Source of the DNA: an uncultured Chloroflexia bacterium
GTDB taxonomy: Bacteria; Chloroflexota; Limnocylindria; Limnocylindrales; CSP1-4
Direction of reading: 5' to 3'
Assembly (NCBI GenBank): GCA_963782715.1
Contig: CAWAKU010000008.1
Coordinates: 279,526 to 343,525 of the forward strand
DNA: 64,000 nucleotides
A program made the translations under genes and the position numbers. Positions within the stretch are counted from its first letter, which is position 1. Each line of letters starts with the position of its first letter. The notes beneath the pieces were generated by a model. It did not search any database. It was not told where the DNA came from and worked only from the letters and a program-made list of their open reading frames with translations. Below, in pieces: positions 35,260 to 45,642 of the stretch.

Positions 35260-37143
35260 CTACGGTGCCGGGCCGAAATCCTGCTCCTTCTGGATGACCC
35301 AGTCGCCCTTGCCGTCCGCCGCGGTCGGATCGACCCGGTACAGGGTGACGAACTGCTGGCTCGTGTCGCCGTTCGCATCGAAATGGAACGAGCCCAGAAC
35401 GGTGTCATACCGATGGCTCGGATCGACCGCGGACGCGCGAACGGCCTCGCGCACCTGATCCGGCCCGACACCCTTTGCCGCGACGTCTCGCAGGGCCGCG
35501 ATGACGACCTCCGCACAGGCATAGGCCGCAGCCGAGTACTCGTCGGGCTCGGAGCCGTAGGCGGCTCGATAGCGGTCCGCGAAGCCAGCCTTGGCCGGCG
35601 GCAGCGATGCGTGTGCCTGGTACGAACCGACCGCGGCCGCGCCGGCCTTCTTGATGAACGAGCCGTCCTCCGCACCAGACCCGCCGATCCCGTCCCAACT
35701 GACGAACGGCACCGCCGCAAGCCCATGATCCTCCATGGCGATGCGGAGCTCCGGCGCCCCCGTCTCGGCGAAGCCGCCGAAGAAGACCGCTCCTGGGGTG
35801 CCCGCGGCGCCGACCGAGCCGAGCACCGCCGACGGATCCGTGCCCGGGTTCAGGGCGCGCCGCACCACCGTCCCGCCGAGGGCGCGGAAGGCCGCCTCGA
35901 CACCGTCGGCGATGTCCCTACCATCGCCCGTGTCATCGACCACCAGCGCCGTCCGTGCGCCGAGGTCGTTGTACATGAACGACGCGATGGCCGGGCTCTG
36001 GATATCGTCGGCCGGCGCCGTCCGGATGAAGTTGATCCGCTCGGGCGCCGCCGATCTGAGGTCGAGCGCACCCGCCCTGGGCTTCGTCAGGCCGGTAGAG
36101 GTGTTCGCAGGACTGCATTGCAGGAGGCCTGCGGCGTTGGTGATCGGGATCTGCGACCGGGCCACATCGGACGCCGTGGGTCCGATCATCGCGACCACCC
36201 GTGGATCGGCCACGAATGCATTCGCGTTGGTCGCGCCCCGATCGGGATCCTGGTTCTTCGGCGGCGTCCCGGCGTCATCGCGACTGTCGAGTCGAAGCTG
36301 CGAACCACCGACCCCGCCATTCGCGTTCACTTCATCGATCGCCATCGTGACCGCGTTCTGGATCGGGACGCCACGGAACGCCGCTCTGCCACTCAAGGGC
36401 ACGTCGAGGCCGATCGTCCACGGCCCAGGTGGAAGACTCGGTGGCGGACGCAGGGCGATCCAGCCACCGCCAAGGACCAGCACCCCGGCGACGACGCCGA
36501 CGACTGCGACAGCCGCCCACCTCCGTCGACGCCGTCGAGCGCGGACATGATGCACCCCGGTCTGCCAGGCATCGGCGCCCTCTTCGAGTGAGATCACCGC
36601 GTACACCGCGATCGGCTCATCGATTCCCTTCAGGCGACGACGGCCGCGCGGGTCGAACATGACCGGCAGCACGGCCGCGGTCAGGGTCCGGACCGTGTCG
36701 CTCACGAGGACCTCACCGGGTCGAGCGATCGCGCAGATACGGGCCGCGACATTGACCGCTGATCCGACGTAGCCATCGGACGTGGCGACCGTTTCCCCGG
36801 CATGGATCCCGATCCCAACGCGGATCGGATCGTCGGGCTGGTCCGTCGATGCCCTGGCGGCCGCCTCTGCGATCGCGAGCCCGCAGGCGACGGCCGCACT
36901 CACAGCGTCGAAGACGACGTAGAAGCTGTCACCCTCGGTCTTGATCTCCGCGCCCCGGAAGCGGGTGACGGCCGTCCGAACGAGCCCGCGATAGCGCTCG
37001 ATCAGCTGTGATGCCCGGACCGCGCCATGCGCCTCACCGAACTGGGTATAGCCCCGAAGGTCGGCGAACAGGAAGCCGCGGGTGAAGGAGACGGTCGACA
37101 GGCGGCCCTCGTCAACCAACCCCGGGGATGCTGGATCGGTCAT
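35260..37143 (-). CDS. class III adenylate/guanylate cyclase fused via one TM helix to a periplasmic LivK-like (type 1 PBP) sensor domain
   Basis: Cyclase motifs FLFADLRGYT...EIKTEGDSFYVVF. TM WAAVAVVGVVAGVLVL. PBP1 region IGLDVPLSG...NAVTMAIDEVNANGG. Start codon uncertain (37143, 37209 or 37233). Confidence 0.75.
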   Translation of the reverse strand: MTDPASPGLVDEGRLSTVSFTRGFLFADLRGYTQFGEAHGAVRASQLIERYRGLVRTAVTRFRGAEIKTEGDSFYVVFDAVSAAVACGLAIAEAAARASTDQPDDPIRVGIGIHAGETVATSDGYVGSAVNVAARICAIARPGEVLVSDTVRTLTAAVLPVMFDPRGRRRLKGIDEPIAVYAVISLEEGADAWQTGVHHVRARRRRRRWAAVAVVGVVAGVLVLGGGWIALRPPPSLPPGPWTIGLDVPLSGRAAFRGVPIQNAVTMAIDEVNANGGVGGSQLRLDSRDDAGTPPKNQDPDRGATNANAFVADPRVVAMIGPTASDVARSQIPITNAAGLLQCSPANTSTGLTKPRAGALDLRSAAPERINFIRTAPADDIQSPAIASFMYNDLGARTALVVDDTGDGRDIADGVEAAFRALGGTVVRRALNPGTDPSAVLGSVGAAGTPGAVFFGGFAETGAPELRIAMEDHGLAAVPFVSWDGIGGSGAEDGSFIKKAGAAAVGSYQAHASLPPAKAGFADRYRAAYGSEPDEYSAAAYACAEVVIAALRDVAAKGVGPDQVREAVRASAVDPSHRYDTVLGSFHFDANGDTSQQFVTLYRVDPTAADGKGDWVIQKEQDFGPAP

Positions 37144-37183
37144 CAAGCCATTCTGTGTTCCGCTCGAGCGGAACACAATCGGA

Positions 37184-38323
37184 TCAATCGCCGAGACACG
37201 TCCCGACATGACGGGCGGTCTCGATCCAGTCATGGTCGACCGGGACCGTCTTCCGCCGGCCGGCGACCCGATCGAGCGGCACCGCTCGGATGCCCTCCCC
37301 GGCGGCAGCGACCATGACCCCGAACCTGCCGGCGGCCACGAGGTCGGCCGCGGCATTCCCGAGTCGGGCGGCCAGCAAGCGATCGACCGCCGACGGCGTC
37401 CCACCGCGCTGGACGTAGCCGAGGATCGTCACCCGGGATTCGAGCCCGGTGAGCGACTCGAGCTGGCGGGCGAAACGGAAGGCATGCCCGGTGTTCTCGG
37501 CATCGAAGGCGGCGATATCGGCGTCGGCGGCACGCTTCGCCTTCTCGCCCCGGGCGGCCACGCGGGTGGCGATCAAACGGTCGTAACGGCGCGCGCCGAC
37601 CTGGTCGCGAGCACCCTCGGCGATGGCCACGATGCTGAAGTTCGTGCCCTGGCGGGTCCGGCGCTTGATGGCGCGTGCCACGGCATCGATGTCGTAGGGG
37701 ATCTCCGGGATCAGGACGACATCCGCTCCGCTGGCGATGCCGGCCCCGAGCGCGAGCCAGCCTGCCTGATGACCCATGACCTCGGCGACGATGATCCGAT
37801 GGTGGCTGTGGGCGGTGCTGTGGAGCCGGTCGATCGCCTCGGTCGCGACCTCGAGCGCTGTGGCGAACCCGATCGTGGCGTCGGTCTCGGCCACATCGTT
37901 GTCGATGGTCTTGGGCAGGGTGACGACGTTCAGTCCGGCCTGGACGAGCCGAAGTGCGTTCTTCTGGGTGCCCCCGCCACCGATGCACAGGAGTGCGTCG
38001 AGACCGTGCTTCCGATACGTCCGGACGATCTCGTCGGTCATGTCGACGACCTGCCCATCGACCCGCATCCGGTGGGGCTTCTCGCGGCTCGTGCCGAGGA
38101 TCGTGCCGCCGATCGTCAGGATGCCGGCGAGCGTCGCCGAGTCGAGGCGCATCCGCCGGTCCTCGGCCAGACCGAGGAAGCCGTCGCGGAAGCCAAGGAT
38201 GCGCATCCCGTGCTTGCCCAGCGCCGCCTTGCCGAACCCACGGATGGCCGCGTTCAAGCCGGGGCTATCGCCACCGGCCGTGAGGATCCCGACTCGTATC
38301 GTCGCTGCCATCGCCGATGCCAT
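37184..38323 (-). CDS. pfk: 6-phosphofructokinase (ATP- or PPi-dependent)
   Basis: [31 protein letters not shown] and TIDNDV motifs. Confidence 0.85.
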   Translation of the reverse strand: MASAMAATIRVGILTAGGDSPGLNAAIRGFGKAALGKHGMRILGFRDGFLGLAEDRRMRLDSATLAGILTIGGTILGTSREKPHRMRVDGQVVDMTDEIVRTYRKHGLDALLCIGGGGTQKNALRLVQAGLNVVTLPKTIDNDVAETDATIGFATALEVATEAIDRLHSTAHSHHRIIVAEVMGHQAGWLALGAGIASGADVVLIPEIPYDIDAVARAIKRRTRQGTNFSIVAIAEGARDQVGARRYDRLIATRVAARGEKAKRAADADIAAFDAENTGHAFRFARQLESLTGLESRVTILGYVQRGGTPSAVDRLLAARLGNAAADLVAAGRFGVMVAAAGEGIRAVPLDRVAGRRKTVPVDHDWIETARHVGTCLGD

Positions 38324-38439
38324 GCCCCTTTGATCGAGCGATCGATGTCTCGACGATTATCTCGCCGCGGCCGAGGGCAGGTTCAGCCACCTTCTCGTTC
38401 GAAGGCGGCGGCGAGGGACTCGCTCGGGTGGCGATTCGC

Positions 38440-38814
38440 TCAGGCGGCGCCGAGACGAACGACCTTCGACCCGCACGATGGGCACAGCCCGGCGATGGCC
38501 GGCCGGCCGTTCGTGAGCACGACCGCGTGCGCACCGCCGATGGCGACCCGCTGTCGATCCTTGATGCAGTAGGCCATCGGTGCGTCCGTTTCGCCGGCCG
38601 GCCCCATCGCGCGTGCAAGCCTGGCCGAGATCGATGCGCGGCGCGTCGAGGCGGAGTGCAGTTGCGACCGACGCTTCTCGATCAGCCGGTCGGCCGACGC
38701 AAGCTTCGCCTCGAGGGCGGCCCGGCGGCGCGTCGCGCGCTTGGCCGCGCGCTTGGATCTGTGATCACGGTCCGCTGCCGGGGCAGCGTCCTCGCGGGCT
38801 TTCGACGACATCGT
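38440..38814 (-). CDS. small basic zinc-ribbon protein (DUF5679-like)
   Basis: Lys/Arg/Ala-rich N-terminal part, then C-terminal CxxD...CPSCGSK. Confidence 0.45.
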   Translation of the reverse strand, partial: TMSSKAREDAAPAADRDHRSKRAAKRATRRRAALEAKLASADRLIEKRRSQLHSASTRRASISARLARAMGPAGETDAPMAYCIKDRQRVAIGGAHAVVLTNGRPAIAGLCPSCGSKVVRLGAA

Positions 38815-38904
38815 TCGACTCCTATCGGGTGGACGTTCCCGAAACGGTGGGCCCCCGCGCACCGGGTCCGCGATCCCCCGAAAGTCATCTCCCGCAGGAT
38901 CCAG

Positions 38905-40425
38905 CTACTCCGCGGGCCTGTCGCCGAAGATCGTGTAGTGCCAGCTTTTCTCGGGCTCGCCGGTCAGTTCCAGCATCACGTGCTTGACCTGGGTGTACTC
39001 CTCGAACGAGTAGGTCGACATGTCCTTGCCCGAGCCTGACTGCTTGAAGCCGCCGTGGGGCATCTCGGAGGTGACCATGAGGTGGTCGTTGACCTGGACG
39101 TGCCCGAAGTTCAGGGTCCGGGCCGCCTCCATCGCCGTGAACACGTCACGCGTCCAGATGCTCGCGGCGAGGCCGTAGCGGGTGTCGTTGGCCATCGCCA
39201 GCGCCTCGTCGACGGTGTCGAAGGGCAGGACGGCGAGCACCGGGCCGAAGACCTCGTCCTGGACGATCTCGCTGTCCTGGGCGCAGTCGGCGACGATCGT
39301 CGGTCGGTAGAACGCGCCATCCGGGAAGCCGGGCACGTCCGGCCGGTATCCGCCGGCGACGACCCGGGCGCCCGCAGCGACCGCCCGCTCGACGAAGCCT
39401 TCCGCGCGGGATACCTGCGCCCCGGAGATGAGCGTGCCGAGATCAGTCGCAGGATCGAACGGATCGCCCACACGCACGCCATCGAACAGCTCCGCCGTCC
39501 GCGCCAGGAACGCGTCGTACAGGCTGCGATGGACATATGCGCGCGTCGCCGCGGTGCAGTCCTGTCCGCCGTTGATGAGCGCCCCTGCGGTCGCTCCACG
39601 CGCCGCCGCCTCCAGATCAGCGTCGGCGCAGACGATGAACGGCGCCTTGCCGCCGAGCTCGAGGTGGACGCGCTTGAGGTTCGACGACGCGAGCGCCTGG
39701 ATCTGCTTGCCCGTCTCGGTGTCGCCGGTCAGCGAGATGAGATCGACATCCATGTGCGCCGCGAGCGCGGCCCCGACCACGTCGCCACGCCCGGTGACGA
39801 CGTTGAAGACCCCGGCCGGGACACCGGCCTCGATCGCGAGGTGCGCCAGGCGGATGGTCGTCAACGGCGTGGCCGAGGCCGGCTTGAGCACGATCGAATT
39901 CCCCGCCGCCAGGGCCGGGCCGATCTTCCAGATCGCCATCCACATCGGATAGTTCCACGGACTCACCTGGCCGACGACCCCGAGCGGTTCGCGCCGGACG
40001 AAGCTCGTGTGCGTTCCCGTGTACTCGTAGGCGGCCTTGCCCTCGAGGTTCCGGATCTGCGTCGCGAAGAAGCGCAGGTTGTCACTGGCGAACGCGAAGT
40101 CGGACTCCCGCCGCAGCTTGTAGGCCGTCCCGGTCTGGAGCGTCTCGAGGCGGGCGAGATCGTCCGCGTCACGGTCGAGCAGATCGCCCAGGCGGTTCAT
40201 GATCGTGACCCGTTCAGGCATCGCCATCCGCGCCCAGCGGCCGTCGCGGAACGCCGCGCGCGCCGCCACCACGGCACGATCGACGTCGGCCGCCGTCCCC
40301 TCCGGCACCCGCCCGACGAGCTCGCCGGTGGCCGGACTGTGCACCTCCAGCCAGCGGCCGCCATCCGACGACGTCGAGACGCCATCGATGAACATCGGGT
40401 AGTCGGTGGTGACCTGGACGGCCAT
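38905..40425 (-). CDS. NAD(P)-dependent aldehyde dehydrogenase
   Basis: ALDH motifs (VSPWNYP, ELGGKAP, GQDCTAATR). RBS ggaggc before ATG 40425. Confidence 0.85.
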   Translation of the reverse strand: MAVQVTTDYPMFIDGVSTSSDGGRWLEVHSPATGELVGRVPEGTAADVDRAVVAARAAFRDGRWARMAMPERVTIMNRLGDLLDRDADDLARLETLQTGTAYKLRRESDFAFASDNLRFFATQIRNLEGKAAYEYTGTHTSFVRREPLGVVGQVSPWNYPMWMAIWKIGPALAAGNSIVLKPASATPLTTIRLAHLAIEAGVPAGVFNVVTGRGDVVGAALAAHMDVDLISLTGDTETGKQIQALASSNLKRVHLELGGKAPFIVCADADLEAAARGATAGALINGGQDCTAATRAYVHRSLYDAFLARTAELFDGVRVGDPFDPATDLGTLISGAQVSRAEGFVERAVAAGARVVAGGYRPDVPGFPDGAFYRPTIVADCAQDSEIVQDEVFGPVLAVLPFDTVDEALAMANDTRYGLAASIWTRDVFTAMEAARTLNFGHVQVNDHLMVTSEMPHGGFKQSGSGKDMSTYSFEEYTQVKHVMLELTGEPEKSWHYTIFGDRPAE

Positions 40426-40475
40426 GCGCTGCGCCTCCGGCGTTTCGGGGAGTGTCGTGGTCGCGAGTCTAGCGC

Positions 40476-40805
40476 TCAGCCGCCCGCCGGTCGGAGGTGG
40501 GTCGTGACGCCGTAGGTCTCGCCCGACTCCGGGTCGCGTCTCGGGGCGACCACCAGCCGGCGCGGACCGGCCGTGGTCGCCAGGTTGCAGGCGCCAGGCT
40601 TGCCGGTCGAATAGACCAGATCCATGAGTTCGAATGCCTTGGCTGGCAGCTCGAGCATCGCCTCGCGAGCCGGCTGACCGACGGTCGACGGGCCGAACGC
40701 CTCGATGAACGCAGCGTTGCCGTGGACGATCATGTGGCCTGGCCCGTAGTGGAACGCGGCAGGCGATGGCGGACCGGCCGACGATCCCGCGGTCTCGGCG
40801 CTCAC
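40476..40805 (-). CDS. hypothetical protein
   Basis: 109-aa ORF in the gap between the ALDH and ACAD-like genes, overlapping the next start by 4 nt. No family recognised. Confidence 0.35.
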   Translation of the reverse strand: MSAETAGSSAGPPSPAAFHYGPGHMIVHGNAAFIEAFGPSTVGQPAREAMLELPAKAFELMDLVYSTGKPGACNLATTAGPRRLVVAPRRDPESGETYGVTTHLRPAGG

Positions 40806-41965
40806 CGGTGGCGCCCTTCACGTTCGAGAACGGCACGTGCGAACCCCGCCAGCGCGACGTCCTGGAGAGGCGGATTGATGAGCCCGGCGCGCGCGTCGCG
40901 GAACGCTCGCTCGAGACGACCGGCCAGGAAGCCCGGCCCGCCGGCGATCCGGAGAGCCTCGTCCGTGGCCACCACGGCCGCCTGCGTGGCGACCACCTTG
41001 GCGAGACCGACGTCCGCGGCCGCATCGGCCATCCCAGCCGCATCCCCCGCCGCGACCGCAGCGTCCCAGCGGCGGGCCACATCGAGCACCACCATCCGCG
41101 CCGCCCGCAACTCGGCGTCCAGCCGGCCAAGCCGAAGCTGGACGCTCGGGATGTCCGCGACCGCGGTCGAACCGTCCCCGGGCCGCCGGTCGAGCGCCCA
41201 GCGGGCGACGTCCGCGCGGGCACCCTCCCCCACCCCGAGGTACGTGGCGGCGATCGCCAGGCCGAACCACGTCGACGGAACAGGGCCTCGCGGGTCCGGC
41301 GCGTCACCGAGCCGGCGCATCAGGACGGACCCGACCGGAACGACGACATCCTCGAGGACGAGCCGGCCCGACGCCGAGCCGCGCATGCCCAGCGCCTCGA
41401 ACCCGGGCAACCGCTGGACACCATCGCTCGAGAGGTCGACCAGCCACGAGCCGACTTCGACCGGATCACTGCCGTCGACCTGCGCCGAGACGAACGCGAA
41501 CGAGAGGTTCGGCAGCCAGGTGGTCCAGGTCTTCTCGCCGCTGAGCCGCCACGAACCGTCAGCGACGGCGACGGCCTGCGTCCCGGGGATGGCGCCGCGC
41601 GACGGCGAGCCGCCGCCTTCCTCCGTCCCAGCGTTGTTGTACAGGGCGCCGTCGTCGACGATCGAGCGGTAGACGCGCTCCTGCAGGCCCTGGTCGACGC
41701 CCGGGGACTCGACGAGCGCCCCGATGGCATGCACCTGCATCGCGAAGCCGAGCGCGGTGGACCCGTCGATCGCGCCCATCGCCGCGAGGACGCCGACCGC
41801 CTCTGACGTGCGCCCGCCGAGACCGCCGGCGGCTTCGGGAACCACCAGTCGATGGAGCCCGGACGCCACGATCGCCTGGGCCGCGCGCGGTTCGAACCCA
41901 TCGCCGAAGTCGATCTCGCCCGATCGCCGAGCGACGTCCGCGATGGCGTCGTCGATGGCGGTCAT
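40802..41965 (-). CDS. acyl-CoA dehydrogenase-family protein
   Basis: ACAD-like middle and C-terminal helical domains (LGMRGSASG, IAGGPGFLAG). Start MTAIDDAIADVAR chosen. Confidence 0.7.
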   Translation of the reverse strand: MTAIDDAIADVARRSGEIDFGDGFEPRAAQAIVASGLHRLVVPEAAGGLGGRTSEAVGVLAAMGAIDGSTALGFAMQVHAIGALVESPGVDQGLQERVYRSIVDDGALYNNAGTEEGGGSPSRGAIPGTQAVAVADGSWRLSGEKTWTTWLPNLSFAFVSAQVDGSDPVEVGSWLVDLSSDGVQRLPGFEALGMRGSASGRLVLEDVVVPVGSVLMRRLGDAPDPRGPVPSTWFGLAIAATYLGVGEGARADVARWALDRRPGDGSTAVADIPSVQLRLGRLDAELRAARMVVLDVARRWDAAVAAGDAAGMADAAADVGLAKVVATQAAVVATDEALRIAGGPGFLAGRLERAFRDARAGLINPPLQDVALAGFARAVLEREGRHR

Positions 41966-42564
41966 CCGTCCTTGCGCCCCCAGGTGTACTGCTTGAGCAG
42001 GCGGCCGGCGCGCGAATCCTCGATGAGCATCGACAGTCGCCGCTCGCGCGTGGCCGCTTGCTTGGCGCTCGTCACCCATCCTGTGACGGCCCGACGATAC
42101 GACGGGGGGCGCTTCTGCCAGTCCATCCACGCTGAGTCGTCGGCTTGGAGCCTGGCGAGCTCCGCCTCGCTGAACGGCTCGATCTCACGCTCATACGAGT
42201 AGATGGCGGTGTTGGCGCCGGTCCGCGCCTCGAACGCTGCGAGTCCGGCTGCTCGTATCCGGCCCTCGGCGATGAGCCGCTCGACGTTCTTGACGTTGAT
42301 CGCGCTCCAGGTGCTGCCTTTCCGGCGCGGCGTGAACCGCTGGGCGTGGGTCGCGTCATCGAGGCGCTTGACGATGCCGTCGATCCAGCCGACGCACAGG
42401 GCCTCGTCGACCGCCTGCGCCCAGACCACGCTCGGTCGCCCGGTCCCCTTCTTGTGATAGCCGAGCCACAGCTCCGGGGCGGTCGCATGGTTCGCGTCGA
42501 ACCAGGCGCGCAGGTCGGCGGGCACCGGAAAGAAGCGGACGTCGGTCGGTTCGAGCTTCACCAC
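41962..42564 (-). CDS. YdeI/OmpD-associated family protein
   Basis: Family-typical WLGYHKKGTG...VGWIDGIVKRLD motifs. Confidence 0.7.
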   Translation of the reverse strand: MVKLEPTDVRFFPVPADLRAWFDANHATAPELWLGYHKKGTGRPSVVWAQAVDEALCVGWIDGIVKRLDDATHAQRFTPRRKGSTWSAINVKNVERLIAEGRIRAAGLAAFEARTGANTAIYSYEREIEPFSEAELARLQADDSAWMDWQKRPPSYRRAVTGWVTSAKQAATRERRLSMLIEDSRAGRLLKQYTWGRKDG

Positions 42565-42577
42565 CGTCGGACCATCC

Positions 42578-43480
42578 TCAGACCGACTCCCCGATCTGTC
42601 GCATGATGTCCTGGAGTTGCGGCCCCGCGACCACGAGCAGGGCCAGTGGCAGGACCAGGAACAGAAGCACGACGATCACGAGGCAGGTCGCGATGGCGGC
42701 GCCGGATCCGCCGGGCGCCGGCTGGACGACCACCGACCGCGCCCATCGGTCGTGCAAGCCCTGGTGGAGCGGATGGGTCGCCGTCGTGATGAGCAGGACG
42801 ATGACCCACAGGGCTGAGATGAGTCCGAGCGTCCCTGTGGCCCTCGGGACCAGCGCAAGGATCGCCACGGCGCCGCTCAATGCGATCCAGCGCAGCAGGG
42901 CGTCGTTGAACGACAGCGTTGCGGCTGTCGCCGCGGTCAGGACGCGCAGGCCGAGCAGGCGCATGCCCAGGGTGGCGTGCCAGCCGCTCGTCCAGAGGCC
43001 GACGAAGTACAGGAAGTCCACCACGACGAACGCGATGCTGATGACGAGGTCGAGGGACGTGTCGCGGTCGGACGTGAACAGCCCGAGGGCGCCAAGGGCC
43101 GCGAGGTTCAGCAGACCCAGGAAGAGAGTATCGATGGAGTAGCCGACGAGACGAGTGAACGTGCCGGCGATGACGAGCCCGTTCACGACCTGCGCCGCGA
43201 CCGGACGAACGGGTGGTGCCCAGGCGACCTGCGGGCCGTCACCCGAGGGAGTGCCGGCCGGCCCGTCGTTCGGGCCTGTCCAGCCGACCGGGTCGGCCGA
43301 GATCAGTCCGGCCGCCGGGGGTGGCGGCGGTGAAGGCGGGGCGACGTCCACCGGCGGGGTCGGGTCGCCCGGCAGGATCGGGACGCGCGTCGTCTCGGAG
43401 TCGGGCGACGGTGCCGCTGGGTCCGCCGCGGGATCCGTCGACTCTGACGGCCCATCCTTGCCTGGCGTCTGCCAGCTCAT
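42578..43480 (-). CDS. RDD-family membrane protein with Pro-rich N-terminal region
   Basis: Strong RBS gggaggag before ATG 43480. Pro-rich N-terminus, then an RDD domain. Confidence 0.7.
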   Translation of the reverse strand: MSWQTPGKDGPSESTDPAADPAAPSPDSETTRVPILPGDPTPPVDVAPPSPPPPPAAGLISADPVGWTGPNDGPAGTPSGDGPQVAWAPPVRPVAAQVVNGLVIAGTFTRLVGYSIDTLFLGLLNLAALGALGLFTSDRDTSLDLVISIAFVVVDFLYFVGLWTSGWHATLGMRLLGLRVLTAATAATLSFNDALLRWIALSGAVAILALVPRATGTLGLISALWVIVLLITTATHPLHQGLHDRWARSVVVQPAPGGSGAAIATCLVIVVLLFLVLPLALLVVAGPQLQDIMRQIGESV

Positions 43481-43564
43481 GAGCTCTCCTCCCTCGTCAC
43501 GCTGTCGGGCCATCGTATCGGAGCGGACGCCGTCGGTTCCCCGCAACCCGGATATCCTCGCGGC

Positions 43565-44338
43565 ATGGACATGAGGCCGACTCCCAGGTCGACCGGTGCC
43601 GACGTCGCGACCGACCCGGCTGCCGCGGTCGTGGCAGAGCGCCTCGTCCATGCCATCGATCGGCTCGATCTGCTCGACCTCCAGGGCGGCGACCTGTCCG
43701 ATTGGACCTTGACCGAGGGCGAGTGGATCGCCGACCACCTGCCGGCCTCCGCCATCGGGGAACCCGCCGTCCGGGCATACGCAGACGCCGTGGTCCTGCT
43801 GCTGAGCGTGCTCAAACGTGACGCCGACACGGGCAGCGCAGTCGCGGCGGTCATCGCGACCCGCACGGCGATGGTTGCTCTCGCGGGCAGACGTGCCATC
43901 CCGGGCCGATCGACGATCGAGTCGATGACGGTCACCCACCAGGTGGGTCAGACGATCCCGTTCAGCATCTCCGACGCGACCATCGATGTCACCGTCGCAT
44001 CGATCGACGGCTGGAGCGGATCCTCGTACGACACGCCGCGGGGCGGCCACCGATGGGTGACCATCGAGGTCCTGGTCACCGGCGTCGCGGGGACGCTCGA
44101 CGGACCGCCCAGCTACACCGACTTCACCGTCGCCGATGCCTCCGGTCGCGTGTTCGAGCCTGAGCCGGCGTGGCGCGAGCCGCAGCTCCCGTTCGGCTCG
44201 GACTTCGAATCCATCCGGGAAGGCCAGACCGTTCGAGGCTGGATCACGTTCGAGCTGCCGAGCACGGTCGACGTGGGGACCATCCAGCTGACCGAGGTCG
44301 ATGGTGGCGCGTGGGCGTTCGCCGGGATCAACGGATGA
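43565..44338 (+). CDS. hypothetical protein with DUF4352-like C-terminal beta-sandwich
   Basis: 257 aa. C-terminal RGWITFELP pattern is typical of DUF4352. Confidence 0.5.
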   Translation: MDMRPTPRSTGADVATDPAAAVVAERLVHAIDRLDLLDLQGGDLSDWTLTEGEWIADHLPASAIGEPAVRAYADAVVLLLSVLKRDADTGSAVAAVIATRTAMVALAGRRAIPGRSTIESMTVTHQVGQTIPFSISDATIDVTVASIDGWSGSSYDTPRGGHRWVTIEVLVTGVAGTLDGPPSYTDFTVADASGRVFEPEPAWREPQLPFGSDFESIREGQTVRGWITFELPSTVDVGTIQLTEVDGGAWAFAGING

Positions 44339-45635
44339 CGGCAGCTCGGCCGGGTTCGTGGTCGGACCGAGCGAACCGGCACTTCCCACAGGGCTCCAAC
44401 GGCGAATACGACTTCCCCGACGGCCTGGCACCCGTCTTCCAGCGTGCGAACGGCTGCCGCGTCTGGGACACGGACGGACGCGAGTACGTCGACTACACGA
44501 TGGCCTGGGGCTCGGCCCTGGTCGGTCACGCGGCGCCGCAGCTGGTCGAGGCGGTCACGCGCCAACTCTCGTCCGGCATCAACCTCGCCGCATTGAGCAC
44601 TCAGCTGGTCGAATTGGCGGAGCGCCTGAACGACCTCGAGCCGTGGCTGGACAAGGTCCGTTTCGTCTCGACCGGCACCGAGGCCACGATGACGGCCATC
44701 CGCATCGCCCGCGGCGCCACCGGCCGGTCGAGGATCCTGAAGTTCATCGGGGCGTTCCACGGCTCGTCGGTCGAAGGCGTGGCCAACTTCTTCTGGTCCG
44801 ACCCGGCCCGCACGCCCGCTGCGGAGGCGACGGGGACCGGCGGTGCGCATGCGGTCGATGACCTGCTCGTCGCGCCCTACAACGACCTGGCCACGGCCGA
44901 GGAGCTGATCCGTGCCCATCGGCACGAACTGGCGGGGGTGATCATCGACCCGGTCCAGCGCTCCGTCTTCGCCGATCCCAGCTTCCTGCACGGCCTGCGG
45001 CGGGTGACCGCGAATGCGGCGTCCCGCTCATCTTCGACGAGGTCGTCTCGGGCTTCCGGATCGCGCTTGGTGGCGCGGCACAGTACTACGGCGTCCGGCC
45101 GGATCTCGTGGCCTATGGAAAGGCGCTTGGCGGCGGCTTCCCGATCGCGGTGGTCGGCGGCCGGGCGGAACTCATGGACGAGGTCCGCGAGGACCGCCAT
45201 CACACCTCGCGGTACGTGTGGGCGGCGTCGACGACGGGCGGATCGCCGTTGACCTCGACGGCGGCCCATGCAGTGCTCGACATCCTCGAGTCGCCCGGCG
45301 CGTACGAGCACATGTTCGCGATGGGCCAGCGGTTGCGCGACGGGATCGCCGCGGCGTTCGATGGGACCGGTCTCCCGGTCCGGGTCTACGGGGATGGACC
45401 GTTGGCCCAGTTCCGGATCACAGGTGAAGCGGTCACCGACATGGCCTCGGAAGCGCGGGCCGACAACGACCTACGCCGCCGGCTCGATCTCGCGCTGCTG
45501 GGTCGGGGGCTGTTCATCAATCCGATGCTGACCAAGGTCTACGTCTCGCTGGCCCACCAACCGGCCGACATCGACCGCTACACGACGTCCCTTGCCGAGG
45601 AGGTCCACGCGCTCGCCGCGGCTCGCGCGGGCTGA
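44335..45635 (+). pseudogene. class III aminotransferase (glutamate-1-semialdehyde aminomutase-like), frameshifted
   Basis: The N-terminal part (frame 1) has FVSTGTEATMTAIRIARG. The remainder (frame 0) starts at ECGVPLIFDEVVSGFRIALGGAAQYYGVRPDLVAYGKALGGG. A 1-bp deletion is inferred at about 45010-45012 (accgcgaatgc). Confidence 0.7.
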
Positions 45636-45642
45636 ACGGCGG

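Noticed and set aside
35203-40515. Long antisense ORFs 35203..36591, 37082..38572 and 39055..40515
   Set aside because: They lie opposite the adenylate cyclase, pfk and ALDH genes, which have clear family motifs. The antisense ORFs have none.
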